A stretch of 32,000 nt of DNA, from contig JAUWKS010000017.1 in NCBI GenBank assembly GCA_030614005.1, positions 26,214 through 58,213 on the forward strand, in the 5' to 3' direction. Source of the stretch: Candidatus Heimdallarchaeota archaeon. Lineage in GTDB: Archaea > Asgardarchaeota > Heimdallarchaeia > JABLTI01. Under the pieces are notes generated by a model that was given only the letters and a program-made list of their open reading frames with translations, was not told where the DNA came from and made no database searches. Numbering within the stretch: position 1 is the first letter of the stretch; each line of letters opens with the position of its first letter. Of this stretch, positions 1-8,946 are shown in pieces. Made by a program: the position numbers and the translations under genes.

Positions 1-2
1 AA

Positions 3-1835
3 GGTGTTAATTTTCTTATTCTATCTAATCCAGTAAATATCATTGGCGATGGAAAGATCCAAGAAGTAGAATTAGTTAGAATGGAGCTTGGTGAACCAGA
101 TGAAAGTGGTCGGTGTCGACCAATTGTTTGTGATGGGTCAAATTATTGCGTTGATGTAGACACAGTCATCTTTGCAATTGGACAAAGACCAGATTATGAG
201 CTCTTAGCTCAACATGGTTTGGAACATCATAGCTGGGGTGGTGCAAGATATGATGAAATCACATATGAAACAAACCTCCCAGGAGTGTTTGTTGGTGGAG
301 ATGTAGCAATTGGTGCAGCCACCGTCATTGAAGCAATTGCAACGTCTAAAAATGCAGCGCAAATGATTGACTTTTACCTCAAAGGTACTCTACCTAAAAT
401 CCGAGAGATTATTAAAGAACCTTCGAAACATCTTGATGAAATTTATTCTGATGAAAAGCTCAAAGAATTCCTCTTGAAATATTATCCCTATAATCATTGG
501 AAGAAAGTTACTGAAGAAGATTACAAAGATAGAAAACGACAAGAAAGAGCAAAAACAAAGCTCCTTCCAGCAAAGGAACGAGCAAAAACGTTCGATGAAG
601 TTGAACTAACTCATTCAGAAGAAGACATTTTGAAGGAAACTGAAAGATGTATGTCTTGTGGTTGTCTTGATTCTTTTGATTGCAAATTGAGAGAATACTC
701 TATGATGTATAATGCTAAACAAGATACTTTTGAAGGAGAATTACAATCCGATGTTGTAGATGAATCACATCCTCATGTTATTCTTGATAACAACAAGTGT
801 ATTTTGTGTGGCAGATGTATTAATTTAACTCACGAAATAACTGGCGAAGGGTTAATTGATAATCTCAACCGAGGATTTACAACTAAAAATGGCCCCCCTC
901 CAGGAACTAAGCTTGGTGAAGTTAAAGGTGATTTCATCGGTCAATTTGTTGATGAATGTCCAACAGGTGCATTTGCACTTACAACTCCTTATCCAAAAGA
1001 TGGTCCTTGGAATGTTACTCCCAAACCAACTGTCTGTAATGACTGTGGTATGGGTTGTGAAATGAATATTGATATCTACAAAGGAATCCCAGTAAACGTT
1101 TCAACTATTGATAACTCTTGGAATCATGGTTTAGTTTGTGATAAACCAAGATTTGGCAGAAGTTGGGAGAAAAGCGTAGAAAAGCCTATGCAAAAAGATG
1201 GCAGTAAATTCAAAGAAATCTCTGATGATAAAGCTAAAGCTATTCTCAAAGATCATCTCGAGAGTTTAGCCATTGTATTAACTCCCAGTGTAACGAATGA
1301 TGAAGCACAAGAGTTAATGAAATTTGCAAAGGAACATAATTTTGCTATTGGAGCTATCTACGACGAAGGTATTTCTACAACCAAATTTGCTACTATTTTT
1401 ACTAGCAAACGTATACAATTGGATGTTGATTTATCAGACTATCCCGTATTGAAAACATTTATCCACATTGCAAAGAAACAAGGTGCAATCATTACTAACG
1501 AAGAACCAGATATTGCTATAGTTAATGCACCAGCAAAACCAAAAGACATTCCAACAATTATTATGCACAAAGGACTGAATGAAGTAGGACTTATGCAGCT
1601 CGGTTTGAAAATGATTCCAAAAGCAAAGAATTACCTTGTTATTGGATCATCTGATAAAAAGTTCAAAGGATTCACCATATCTATGGGTGAAAACAAGAAC
1701 GCCGATTTAGTCTTACCCCTACCAGCTTGGTTGAATAGAACCGGCAAAGTAGTTACTTCAGAAGGTCGTGAATTAGAAGTTAAACAGGTCTTAGATGGAC
1801 CGTCCATTATGAAGATTTTGCAATCTTACTTCTAA
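3..1835 (+). CDS. 5'-truncated GltD-like flavoprotein fused to NuoG/FdhA-like Fe-S domains and a degenerate molybdopterin-oxidoreductase C-terminus (NsoC/SfrAB-like NAD(P)H oxidoreductase)
   Basis: The frame is open from base 3 (GVNFLILSNPVNIIGDGKIQEVELVRMELGEPDESGR), so the true start lies upstream of the window. GltD motifs: VDTVIFAIGQ, GVFVGGDV. Fe-S motifs: CMSCGC-x5-C, CILCGRC...CPTGA, CNDCGMGC...C. The C-terminal ADLVLPLPAW..TG...SEGR resembles the Mo-bisPGD family tail. Confidence 0.8.
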   Translation, partial: GVNFLILSNPVNIIGDGKIQEVELVRMELGEPDESGRCRPIVCDGSNYCVDVDTVIFAIGQRPDYELLAQHGLEHHSWGGARYDEITYETNLPGVFVGGDVAIGAATVIEAIATSKNAAQMIDFYLKGTLPKIREIIKEPSKHLDEIYSDEKLKEFLLKYYPYNHWKKVTEEDYKDRKRQERAKTKLLPAKERAKTFDEVELTHSEEDILKETERCMSCGCLDSFDCKLREYSMMYNAKQDTFEGELQSDVVDESHPHVILDNNKCILCGRCINLTHEITGEGLIDNLNRGFTTKNGPPPGTKLGEVKGDFIGQFVDECPTGAFALTTPYPKDGPWNVTPKPTVCNDCGMGCEMNIDIYKGIPVNVSTIDNSWNHGLVCDKPRFGRSWEKSVEKPMQKDGSKFKEISDDKAKAILKDHLESLAIVLTPSVTNDEAQELMKFAKEHNFAIGAIYDEGISTTKFATIFTSKRIQLDVDLSDYPVLKTFIHIAKKQGAIITNEEPDIAIVNAPAKPKDIPTIIMHKGLNEVGLMQLGLKMIPKAKNYLVIGSSDKKFKGFTISMGENKNADLVLPLPAWLNRTGKVVTSEGRELEVKQVLDGPSIMKILQSYF

Positions 1836-1882
1836 TTTCTTTTTTCATTTAATTGAAAGGACATCATTGTGATTTCCTTTCA
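1836..1882 (+). terminator. T-tract plus imperfect hairpin downstream of the oxidoreductase
   Basis: TTTCTTTTTT follows the stop directly. Then TGAAAGGA(1854-1861)-C-ATCA-TTG-TGAT-T-TCCTTTCA(1875-1882) forms an 8+4 bp stem. Confidence 0.4.
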
Positions 1883-2072
1883 TAAAATCTTTTATTCTAA
1901 AAATCAAATTTTTCCTATTTTAATAAGTTTAGAGTTAGTCTTTTTTAACTAGAAAGCATTATTTATTTAATTAATTCATTTTAAGGAATTGATATTTCAA
2001 CATTTGATTAAGTAAACCAAATCTTTAATGAACATTCTTGAGATTAATGAATATATTACGAAGTGAAATTAA

Positions 2073-3680
2073 ATGGCAGAAGAAGTAAACCTTGATTTAT
2101 TGGATTTAAAAGTGATGTATCCAAATACAATGCTATTAGATTATATAAATAAAAAAGAATCAATGTCAAAATTCTTTGGAGGCGTTTATGATAAAATGCA
2201 TCCAGTCAAATTCCGAGGAGATCGAGGAATAATAAAGGATATTTTAATGAAATATAATAAATCAATTAATGCTCAAAGTAAGGTTTTCGAAAATATTGAG
2301 TCAATTGAAAACGAAGATGTAAAATTTGTTATTACTGGTCAACAACCAGGCCTTTTCACTGGGCCCATGTATACCATCTATAAAACATTCTCAGCAATAA
2401 ATTATGCAAAAAAGTATTCTACTGATGATGTAAAGCTTGTACCATTATTTTGGAATGCTTCTGAAGATCACGATGTTGAAGAAGTAGATAATATTTGGAT
2501 TTTAAATAAAAAAAATGATGTTAAGCATATTAAATTCGATAGTAGTGCTTTATTAGGAAAGAGTTTGGAGAATGTCCAAATTGAACATAACCATTTTGAT
2601 ACTCTTCTTACTAAAATGAAAAGTTCGTTTGTAGAAACAGAATTTTCTGACTCCATTTTTGATATGTTAAGTGGCATACTCAAGAAATCAGAAAAATGGG
2701 GCGAGTTCTTTAGCAGGACACTTTCTTTCTTGATGGGAGAATGGGGCCTTATTTTACTTGAGCCTAAAATTCTACGTCCTCATTTGAAAGATTATTTCAC
2801 GGTAGTTCTTAATAACACAGTAAAGTATAACTCTATCTTCCAAAAAACTACTGATGGTTTGACAGATTTAAGTTACAAACCTAAAATGCATAAGAAAGAA
2901 AATATCGCAGGATTATTCTACATTGATGAGGAATTAAATAGATTAACTATAACACTTAAAGAAAAAGGAATGTATGAATTATCTGATGGTAAAACATTTA
3001 CTCGAGAAGAAATTCTTAATGAAGTTCAAACTCATCCTGAGCAATTCAGTACTAATGCTATTTTTCGACCACTTGCTCAAGATATAATGATTCCAACACA
3101 TGTTTTTGTTGGAGGTCCATCAGAAATTGGTTACCATATCCAAATCAAAGATTTGTATAAGGAGTTTGATTTAACTCAACCTAATGTTGTTTTTAGAATG
3201 GGTGCAACAGTAATTGAAAGGCATATTAATAAAATAATTGAGAAATACAACTTTTCAATCACGGAATTGCGCGATTTGAATAGATTGAGCTCAAAGCTTG
3301 TTGCTAGTGAAAGCGAATATAAATTGCAAGGGCATTTCAATAATATTTCTGAAATATTAGATACGATGAATACAGAGCTAAATGATTATAATAAAGAACT
3401 TGGCTCTCGAGTTCAACATCGTAAAAAATCCATAATGAAAGAATTAGAAAATATTGAGAAGATGTATATTAAATATGTCAAAAATGACAACCAACTTTTG
3501 ACCAATCAATTAACTAAGACTCGAGCTTATTTATTCCCAAGTGATAAACCTCAAGAACGAATGTTTAATATCTTCCAATATCTTAACAAGTATTCATTAA
3601 CTCTCCTAGATTGTATGAGAAATCTCTTAACAAAAGATCAACCAGGAAAACATGTGGTATTAAAATGTTGGATGTTTTAG
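2073..3680 (+). CDS. bshC: Bacillithiol biosynthesis cysteine-adding enzyme BshC
   Basis: 535 aa. Family motifs ITGQQPGLFTGPMYTIYK, PLFWNASEDHD, NAIFRPLAQD, GGPSEIGY and C-terminal P..KPQERMFN, preceded by a helical/coiled-coil region. Confidence 0.93.
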   Translation: MAEEVNLDLLDLKVMYPNTMLLDYINKKESMSKFFGGVYDKMHPVKFRGDRGIIKDILMKYNKSINAQSKVFENIESIENEDVKFVITGQQPGLFTGPMYTIYKTFSAINYAKKYSTDDVKLVPLFWNASEDHDVEEVDNIWILNKKNDVKHIKFDSSALLGKSLENVQIEHNHFDTLLTKMKSSFVETEFSDSIFDMLSGILKKSEKWGEFFSRTLSFLMGEWGLILLEPKILRPHLKDYFTVVLNNTVKYNSIFQKTTDGLTDLSYKPKMHKKENIAGLFYIDEELNRLTITLKEKGMYELSDGKTFTREEILNEVQTHPEQFSTNAIFRPLAQDIMIPTHVFVGGPSEIGYHIQIKDLYKEFDLTQPNVVFRMGATVIERHINKIIEKYNFSITELRDLNRLSSKLVASESEYKLQGHFNNISEILDTMNTELNDYNKELGSRVQHRKKSIMKELENIEKMYIKYVKNDNQLLTNQLTKTRAYLFPSDKPQERMFNIFQYLNKYSLTLLDCMRNLLTKDQPGKHVVLKCWMF

Positions 3681-4348
3681 TTTTTGGCCCCCATCCTGAT
3701 GATGCCGAACTTGGTGCAGGTGGAGCAATAGCAAAAGCTGTTGCAGAAGGATTGAAAGTAGGCATTATTGATCTAACTGCTGGTGAAATGGGTACACTCG
3801 GTACTAAGGAAATTCGTTTGAAAGAAGCAGAAAGTGCTTCAAAAATACTTGGTGTGAAATTCAGAGAAAATCTAGGATTACCAGATGGATATATTGGTTT
3901 AGATATTTCACAAGAAGACATTTTTGCAGTAGCAAAGAAAATTCGTCAATATCAACCTAAAATTGTCTTAGCACCATATTGGGATGACAGGCACCCAGAT
4001 CATGCTGCTAGTTCGGAGATAATCACTAAAGCAGCTCATTATGCAAAATTGAAAAAATTTAATCTTGAACATCCGCAACATAAAATTCAACAACTTATCT
4101 ATTATGAATTAAATGGTCAATTTACTCCATCATATATTATAGATGTAAGCGACTTTTTTGAACAAAAAAAAGAAGCAATAATGAGTCATAAATCTCAATT
4201 TAAAGAGTTTTCAAAAGAATATCTTCCTTTTCCTTTAGTTGAAAGATGTGCCTATTATGGGTCATTAATTAATGCCTCTTATGGTGAGGCCTTTATGGTA
4301 AAAGGCTCGTTAAAAGTTGATAAATGGGAAGTCATTATAAATAAATGA
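3665..4348 (+). CDS. bshB1: N-acetylglucosaminyl-malate deacetylase BshB1 (PIG-L family)
   Basis: The likely start is ATG 3665 (MLDVLVFGPHPDDAELGAGG), overlapping the bshC stop. Zn-binding HPDD and HPDH motifs, DLTAGEMGT.GT...R..EA, and C-terminal YGEAF. Confidence 0.9.
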   Translation: MLDVLVFGPHPDDAELGAGGAIAKAVAEGLKVGIIDLTAGEMGTLGTKEIRLKEAESASKILGVKFRENLGLPDGYIGLDISQEDIFAVAKKIRQYQPKIVLAPYWDDRHPDHAASSEIITKAAHYAKLKKFNLEHPQHKIQQLIYYELNGQFTPSYIIDVSDFFEQKKEAIMSHKSQFKEFSKEYLPFPLVERCAYYGSLINASYGEAFMVKGSLKVDKWEVIINK

Positions 4349-4375
4349 TAATTTACTATATCCGAGGATATTACG

Positions 4376-5470
4376 ATGAAAATTGGTATAATTAATTATC
4401 CCACATTTGGTGGTAGTGGAATTGTTGGTACTGAGTTGGGATTAGAGCTTCAAAAAAGAGGACACGAAGTTCATTTTATTTCCTATCAAATACCTGAACG
4501 ATTAAAACTAGAAGAGGATTACATTTTTCATGAAGTCAATATTTTATCCTATCCTCTCTTTAAGTATAAACCTTATACGATTATCTTGGCATCTCTATTG
4601 CACAAGTTAGTTAATGAACATGAATTGGACATTCTCCACGGCCATTACGCAATCCCCCATGCGACATCATTGTATCTTGCAAAATTAAGTAATGATAAAG
4701 CGAAAATTATATCGACAATTCATGGTTCTGATATGCATCTTCTAGGTCTTGATGATGCGTACAAACCGATTTTAGTTAATAGTTTAAATAATCATGATGC
4801 ATTAACGACGGTATCCAAATGGATGAGACAATTCGTAGTAGACAATTACGATATGGAAAAAGATATTGATGTAATATATAATTTCGTAAACCCCAAGAAA
4901 TTTTCCAACATTAAAAAACCAGTAAAAGAGGAAGTTGTTTTTTGCCATGTTTCTAACTTTAGAAAAGTCAAGCGCTCACCAGATATTGTTAAAGCATTTG
5001 CAATCGAAGCAGAGAAATATAATCATATCAGATTAGAAATGATAGGAGAAGGTCCTGAACGAGAATATTGTCGAGATTTAGCAATATCTTTAGGCATTAA
5101 TGATAAGGTTGTGTTTAGAGGGAGCCTTCTTAATGTCCCTCGTGTTTTATGTTTTACTGATGTTTTTGTTATTCCCTCAGAAAAAGAAAGTTTTGGTTTG
5201 GCTGCTTTAGAAGCAATGGCTTGTAGTATACCAGTTATTTCTTCAAACGCAGGTGGTTTACCTGAAGTTGTTGAACATGAAAAGACTGGTTTTGTTATTG
5301 AACCGGGAGATATTGATGCTTTAGCGAAATATATGAACATTATGATTGAAGATGAACCTTTAAGAAAGAAATTAGGAAAAGCTTCTGCTCAACGTGCTAA
5401 GGGAGTATTCCATCCTGATAAAATCATCCCTCAATATGAATCATTATACAAGAAAGTGATTGAAAAATAA
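4376..5470 (+). CDS. bshA: N-acetyl-alpha-D-glucosaminyl L-malate synthase BshA (GT4)
   Basis: BshA-diagnostic segments MKIGI..YPTFGGSG.V.TELG, HGHYAIPHA, TIHGSD, HVSNFRKVKR and EKESFGLAALEAMAC. Confidence 0.93.
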   Translation: MKIGIINYPTFGGSGIVGTELGLELQKRGHEVHFISYQIPERLKLEEDYIFHEVNILSYPLFKYKPYTIILASLLHKLVNEHELDILHGHYAIPHATSLYLAKLSNDKAKIISTIHGSDMHLLGLDDAYKPILVNSLNNHDALTTVSKWMRQFVVDNYDMEKDIDVIYNFVNPKKFSNIKKPVKEEVVFCHVSNFRKVKRSPDIVKAFAIEAEKYNHIRLEMIGEGPEREYCRDLAISLGINDKVVFRGSLLNVPRVLCFTDVFVIPSEKESFGLAALEAMACSIPVISSNAGGLPEVVEHEKTGFVIEPGDIDALAKYMNIMIEDEPLRKKLGKASAQRAKGVFHPDKIIPQYESLYKKVIEK

Positions 5471-5488
5471 AATATTAAATGGAAACAA

Positions 5489-6151
5489 TTATCGTTTCCA
5501 TAAAGTTATTTTTGTAATTACAATGACGATTAGTGGGACACCAACTATTATTCCTCCAGCCAACCACCAAGTCCAATTTTGAGGTGCTTGCTGTGGTATA
5601 TCCAAACGGGGCGTTGAAGGTACCGGTGATATTTCAAATGAAAATGCTTGTCCAATAAAAGTTTCCCATTCATTGTTATGATAGTAGGAAACATTCAAAT
5701 TATTAATTCCAACAAAACCTTCTTCTGTACAATTTGCTGCAAACCAGAATGAGTGAAAAGAATCAGGTACGATTTTTGCCCAAGTGACATTAACATACCC
5801 TACATCCCAGTAGAATAAAGGTTCAGTATTATTTACATCAAGATAATAATCTGTGGAATTGTAAAAGGTCATATTATTTGAAACACCATAAACATCTGAG
5901 ATATTGAATGAAGCTGTCGCATCAAAACTTATTGTAGTGTTATACATACTTTCTGTACTATTGAGTGCATTTCTAAATACAACTGTAGTATTTACAAATT
6001 GCCCTACATAAGGATTAATTATATCAGGTGCCATATATACTATTACATTATTTAATGGCGTCTCAGCAGTAGCTGTTCCCACACCATTTACAAACAATAG
6101 TATTGTAATTGCGATCGTTGCTGTGATAGGTAATAGTTTCTTATACTTCAA
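5489..6151 (-). CDS. Secreted, C-terminally anchored surface glycoprotein (hypothetical)
   Basis: N-terminal signal peptide, beta-rich body, C-terminal hydrophobic helix followed by KITLWKR. 11 N-X-S/T sequons in 220 aa. GGTGA upstream on the minus strand. Confidence 0.7.
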   Translation of the reverse strand: MKYKKLLPITATIAITILLFVNGVGTATAETPLNNVIVYMAPDIINPYVGQFVNTTVVFRNALNSTESMYNTTISFDATASFNISDVYGVSNNMTFYNSTDYYLDVNNTEPLFYWDVGYVNVTWAKIVPDSFHSFWFAANCTEEGFVGINNLNVSYYHNNEWETFIGQAFSFEISPVPSTPRLDIPQQAPQNWTWWLAGGIIVGVPLIVIVITKITLWKR

Positions 6152-6503
6152 GGCTAATTCTCACCAGATTAAGTCAAATGAGTTGGTTTTTCACACATTA
6201 ATAAATGATTCGAAGTAATAGAAAATTACTTCTTAATAATTATTATTTAAGTTCAAGTATAATTCAAAAAGAGTTAAACATTAAGAGAATTAGTTGCTAA
6301 TTTTGATAAAATAGCACTAAATCAAAGATGTAACTAAAAAAGACCCCTTTCGAAGTTTTTTTATAGTGTGTGTTTAATTTGTTGTATAGCAAATAATATG
6401 TAGGTATGATTTATCGTTTAATACCACAATCAACTTATACCTAAATACAAACAATATTATTGTCAAAAAAACATTGACCTATTAATCCTCAGAAGGTGTA
6501 AAA

Positions 6504-6935
6504 TTGCAGCGCAAAGATGAACAAGTTTCAAGAGAAGATTTACTCTCAGTAATCGGTTTCGGATCGGCTGGTGGAAGAAACACTGAGCTAAATAACTTAC
6601 TAAAAGAATTGGAATCATCTGTTCCAGAGATCGAAGCAGCAGCCGTAGTTAGTGTTGAAGGTTTACCCATTGCTTCTGCATTGCCTCGAGACATAGAAGA
6701 AACCCGATTAGCCGCTATGACAGCAGCAATGTTGTCCTTAGGTGAAAGAGTTATTGAGGAAATGAAAAAAGGTCATATTGAAAGAGTTTTCATTGAAGGT
6801 TCAGAGGGGACAATCATTTCAATGAACGCAGGTCCAAATGCTGTTTTAACAGTTAGTTCACGAAAAGATGCTAAACTTGGTTTAATCTTCCTCGAAATGG
6901 GCAGAGCAGCAAGAAAAATAGCTGATATTTTATAA
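6504..6935 (+). CDS. Roadblock/LC7 (MglB-like) domain protein
   Basis: IEAAAVVSVEGLPIAS, RLAAMTAAMLSLGER, IEGSEG.I, GPNAVLTV, KLGLIFLEM. TTG start with GAAGGTG upstream. Confidence 0.9.
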   Translation: MQRKDEQVSREDLLSVIGFGSAGGRNTELNNLLKELESSVPEIEAAAVVSVEGLPIASALPRDIEETRLAAMTAAMLSLGERVIEEMKKGHIERVFIEGSEGTIISMNAGPNAVLTVSSRKDAKLGLIFLEMGRAARKIADIL

Positions 6936-6954
6936 TTCATTATTTGAGACCAAC

Positions 6955-7000
6955 TCTGCTGTTCATTTTCAGCAGATAACTTTTCTTTTGTTATTTTTTA
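6955..7000 (+). terminator. Hairpin plus T-tract after the Roadblock gene
   Basis: TCTGCTG(6955-6961)/CAGCAGA(6970-6976) inverted repeat followed by TAACTTTTCTTTTGTTATTTTTT. Confidence 0.45.
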
Positions 7001-7216
7001 ATTATAATTTGATTTTATACTCAAAAGAGTACTATTGATGAAAGGAAATCAAGTAGAATTATCATTATTTTGTTTTTCTCGTTGAATTCTTCAGAATAAC
7101 TATTTTTTTGCCAAAATTGATGGAAAATGAGATAGTAAAAGATATAGCAGCTATACAACAAGAAATATATGAGTAAGTAGGTAAAAAAGCACTTGTAAAG
7201 CGGTTGTTGGCAGTTT

Positions 7217-7981
7217 ATGAAAATCAAAAATCCTATCTATGCAATTTATGAGAAAAGATTATGGAAGCAAGTTAGGAAATATCCAAAACCACAACATATT
7301 GGTGTTATATTAGACGGAAATAGAAGATTTGCTCGAAAAAAGGGTTTAGATGCTAAAGAAGGACATGTGTTCGGAGCACAAAAAGTAGAGGAACTACTTA
7401 ACTGGTCATGGAAAATTGGAATCAAGATTATTACAATCTACGCATTCTCTACAGAAAATTTCTCAAGAGCTCCAGAAGAAGTAAAACGCATTATGGAATT
7501 ATTAGTTGAAAAATTACACCGATTGAAGAACGAACCCTTAATTGTTAAAAATAAAGTAAAAGTAAAGGTTATTGGTCGTAGAGAAACTCTGCCAGATAAA
7601 ATCAATAAATTAATTGATGAAATTGAAGAGAGTACGAAAGATTACGATAATTTTCAGCTAAACATAGCAATTAGTTATGGGGGAAGAGCAGAAATAGTTG
7701 ACGCTGTTAAAAAAGTAATCGAAAAAGTACAGAAGAATGAGTTATCTTTAGAAGAAGTAGATGAAAAATTAATTGGCGAACATCTTTACACGAAAGGTTT
7801 GCCAGACCCTGATCTTATTATCAGAACATCCGGTGAAGAAAGGTTAAGTGGATTCTTACTATGGCAAAGTGCTTATTCGGAATTATACTTTACCGATATA
7901 TACTGGCCTGCATTCCGAAAAATCGATCTTTGGCGTGCAATAAGAATTTATCAGCAACGAGAAAGAAGGTATGGAAAGTAA
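7217..7981 (+). CDS. uppS: cis-prenyltransferase (polyprenyl/undecaprenyl diphosphate synthase)
   Basis: HIGVILDGNRRFAR, YAFSTENFSR, NIAISYGGRAEI, PDPDLIIRTSGEERLSGFLLWQSAYSELYF, and C-terminal RXG (RRYGK). Confidence 0.95.
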   Translation: MKIKNPIYAIYEKRLWKQVRKYPKPQHIGVILDGNRRFARKKGLDAKEGHVFGAQKVEELLNWSWKIGIKIITIYAFSTENFSRAPEEVKRIMELLVEKLHRLKNEPLIVKNKVKVKVIGRRETLPDKINKLIDEIEESTKDYDNFQLNIAISYGGRAEIVDAVKKVIEKVQKNELSLEEVDEKLIGEHLYTKGLPDPDLIIRTSGEERLSGFLLWQSAYSELYFTDIYWPAFRKIDLWRAIRIYQQRERRYGK

Positions 7982-7996
7982 CCTTCAGTTTGTAAA

Positions 7997-8473
7997 ATGG
8001 TGAAGATAATGGTGTTAAATAGAGTTGGTAAAGCCTTACGAATAATATCCGATGAAGATAAAAAGAAAATTGCCGTAGTTATAGATGGTCCTACAATCCT
8101 TCCTGATTTCCCTTTTTCGAAAATGAAATCATTAAGGAAATCTCTAAATCAAATTGGCATAGTCAGAACTGGCAAAATAATCACTGATACTCAAATTAGT
8201 CAAAAAGATTCAGAGTTATTGAAAGCACAAGGATTTAGCGAAGAAATTGTTGGCAGTGATGTAGATATTCATGTCTCTATTCGCGCATTAGAGATGATGA
8301 ATAATGAAGGAATAGACATAGTTGCAGTTGGAACAGCAGATACAAATCTTTTTCCTATTCTATCTCAAATAAAACATAAAAAAAGTCTTATAGTAATAAT
8401 TTGGGAAAAAGATATTACTCCGGCTATTGAGTCAATTGCTGATATAATTCTAACATTGGATCTACTCAAGTAA
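7997..8473 (+). CDS. NYN (PIN-like) domain protein, archaeal TIGR00288-like
   Basis: IAVVIDGP, GSDVDI, VAVGTADTNLFPIL, and C-terminal ESIADIIL. 15 nt downstream of uppS. Confidence 0.7.
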   Translation: MVKIMVLNRVGKALRIISDEDKKKIAVVIDGPTILPDFPFSKMKSLRKSLNQIGIVRTGKIITDTQISQKDSELLKAQGFSEEIVGSDVDIHVSIRALEMMNNEGIDIVAVGTADTNLFPILSQIKHKKSLIVIIWEKDITPAIESIADIILTLDLLK

Positions 8474-8500
8474 GTAATACTCGAACGTGTTGATTCTATT

Positions 8501-8920
8501 ATGGAAAATAACAAAAATGAAGTTGGAATTGAATATCCGTTTTATTTTAGAGAAAGTGAAAATCTTCAGATAATTGCAACAGATTTCGAGAACGGTATTT
8601 TCATCGCTATTTCCCATGTAGGAGCAAATAAATTAGGAACAACTGCGCTTTCTCTACCTGTTGATACAAGTTTAGGCCTCTCAAGTGAAAGAAGATATTC
8701 CGATTCACCTTCAGGGAGAAGAGGATTGACAAGTGCAACTGTTATAGGTTCAAGGAACGAAATTTATACTAAAGCTCTAGCTGAAAAGGTAGCAATAGCT
8801 ACGAGTAAAATTGTTTACTTGTCAACTAATTTTAAAGAGCAAAATGAAAATTTGTTTACAGAGGCAATCACTCTTGTGGATGATCTTTTGAAACAATTTT
8901 TTGAAACAGACAAACTTTAA
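8501..8920 (+). CDS. Proteasome assembly chaperone 4 (PAC4)-like protein
   Basis: The pattern FENGIFI.IS....KLGTTALSLP...S.TVIG.RN....KALAEKVA....KIVYLS matches my recollection of the archaeal PAC4-like family. Not verified by search. Confidence 0.5.
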   Translation: MENNKNEVGIEYPFYFRESENLQIIATDFENGIFIAISHVGANKLGTTALSLPVDTSLGLSSERRYSDSPSGRRGLTSATVIGSRNEIYTKALAEKVAIATSKIVYLSTNFKEQNENLFTEAITLVDDLLKQFFETDKL

Positions 8921-8946
8921 AAATGGAAAATTATGCCCAAAGGGAT

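Noticed and set aside
1854-1882. 3'-UTR hairpin considered as a SECIS element
   Set aside because: No clear AUGA/GA kink-turn core or apical AA, the stem is short, and the visible part of the upstream ORF has no in-frame TGA. Treated as terminator-like.
3611-3664. ORF-track N-terminal extension of bshB1
   Set aside because: It overlaps bshC by 70 nt, and family similarity starts at Met 3665.
7021-7227. 68-aa hydrophobic minus-strand ORF
   Set aside because: The F/Y/L/I-rich composition is what AT-rich intergenic DNA yields, and it overlaps the uppS start. It cannot be fully excluded as a small membrane protein.
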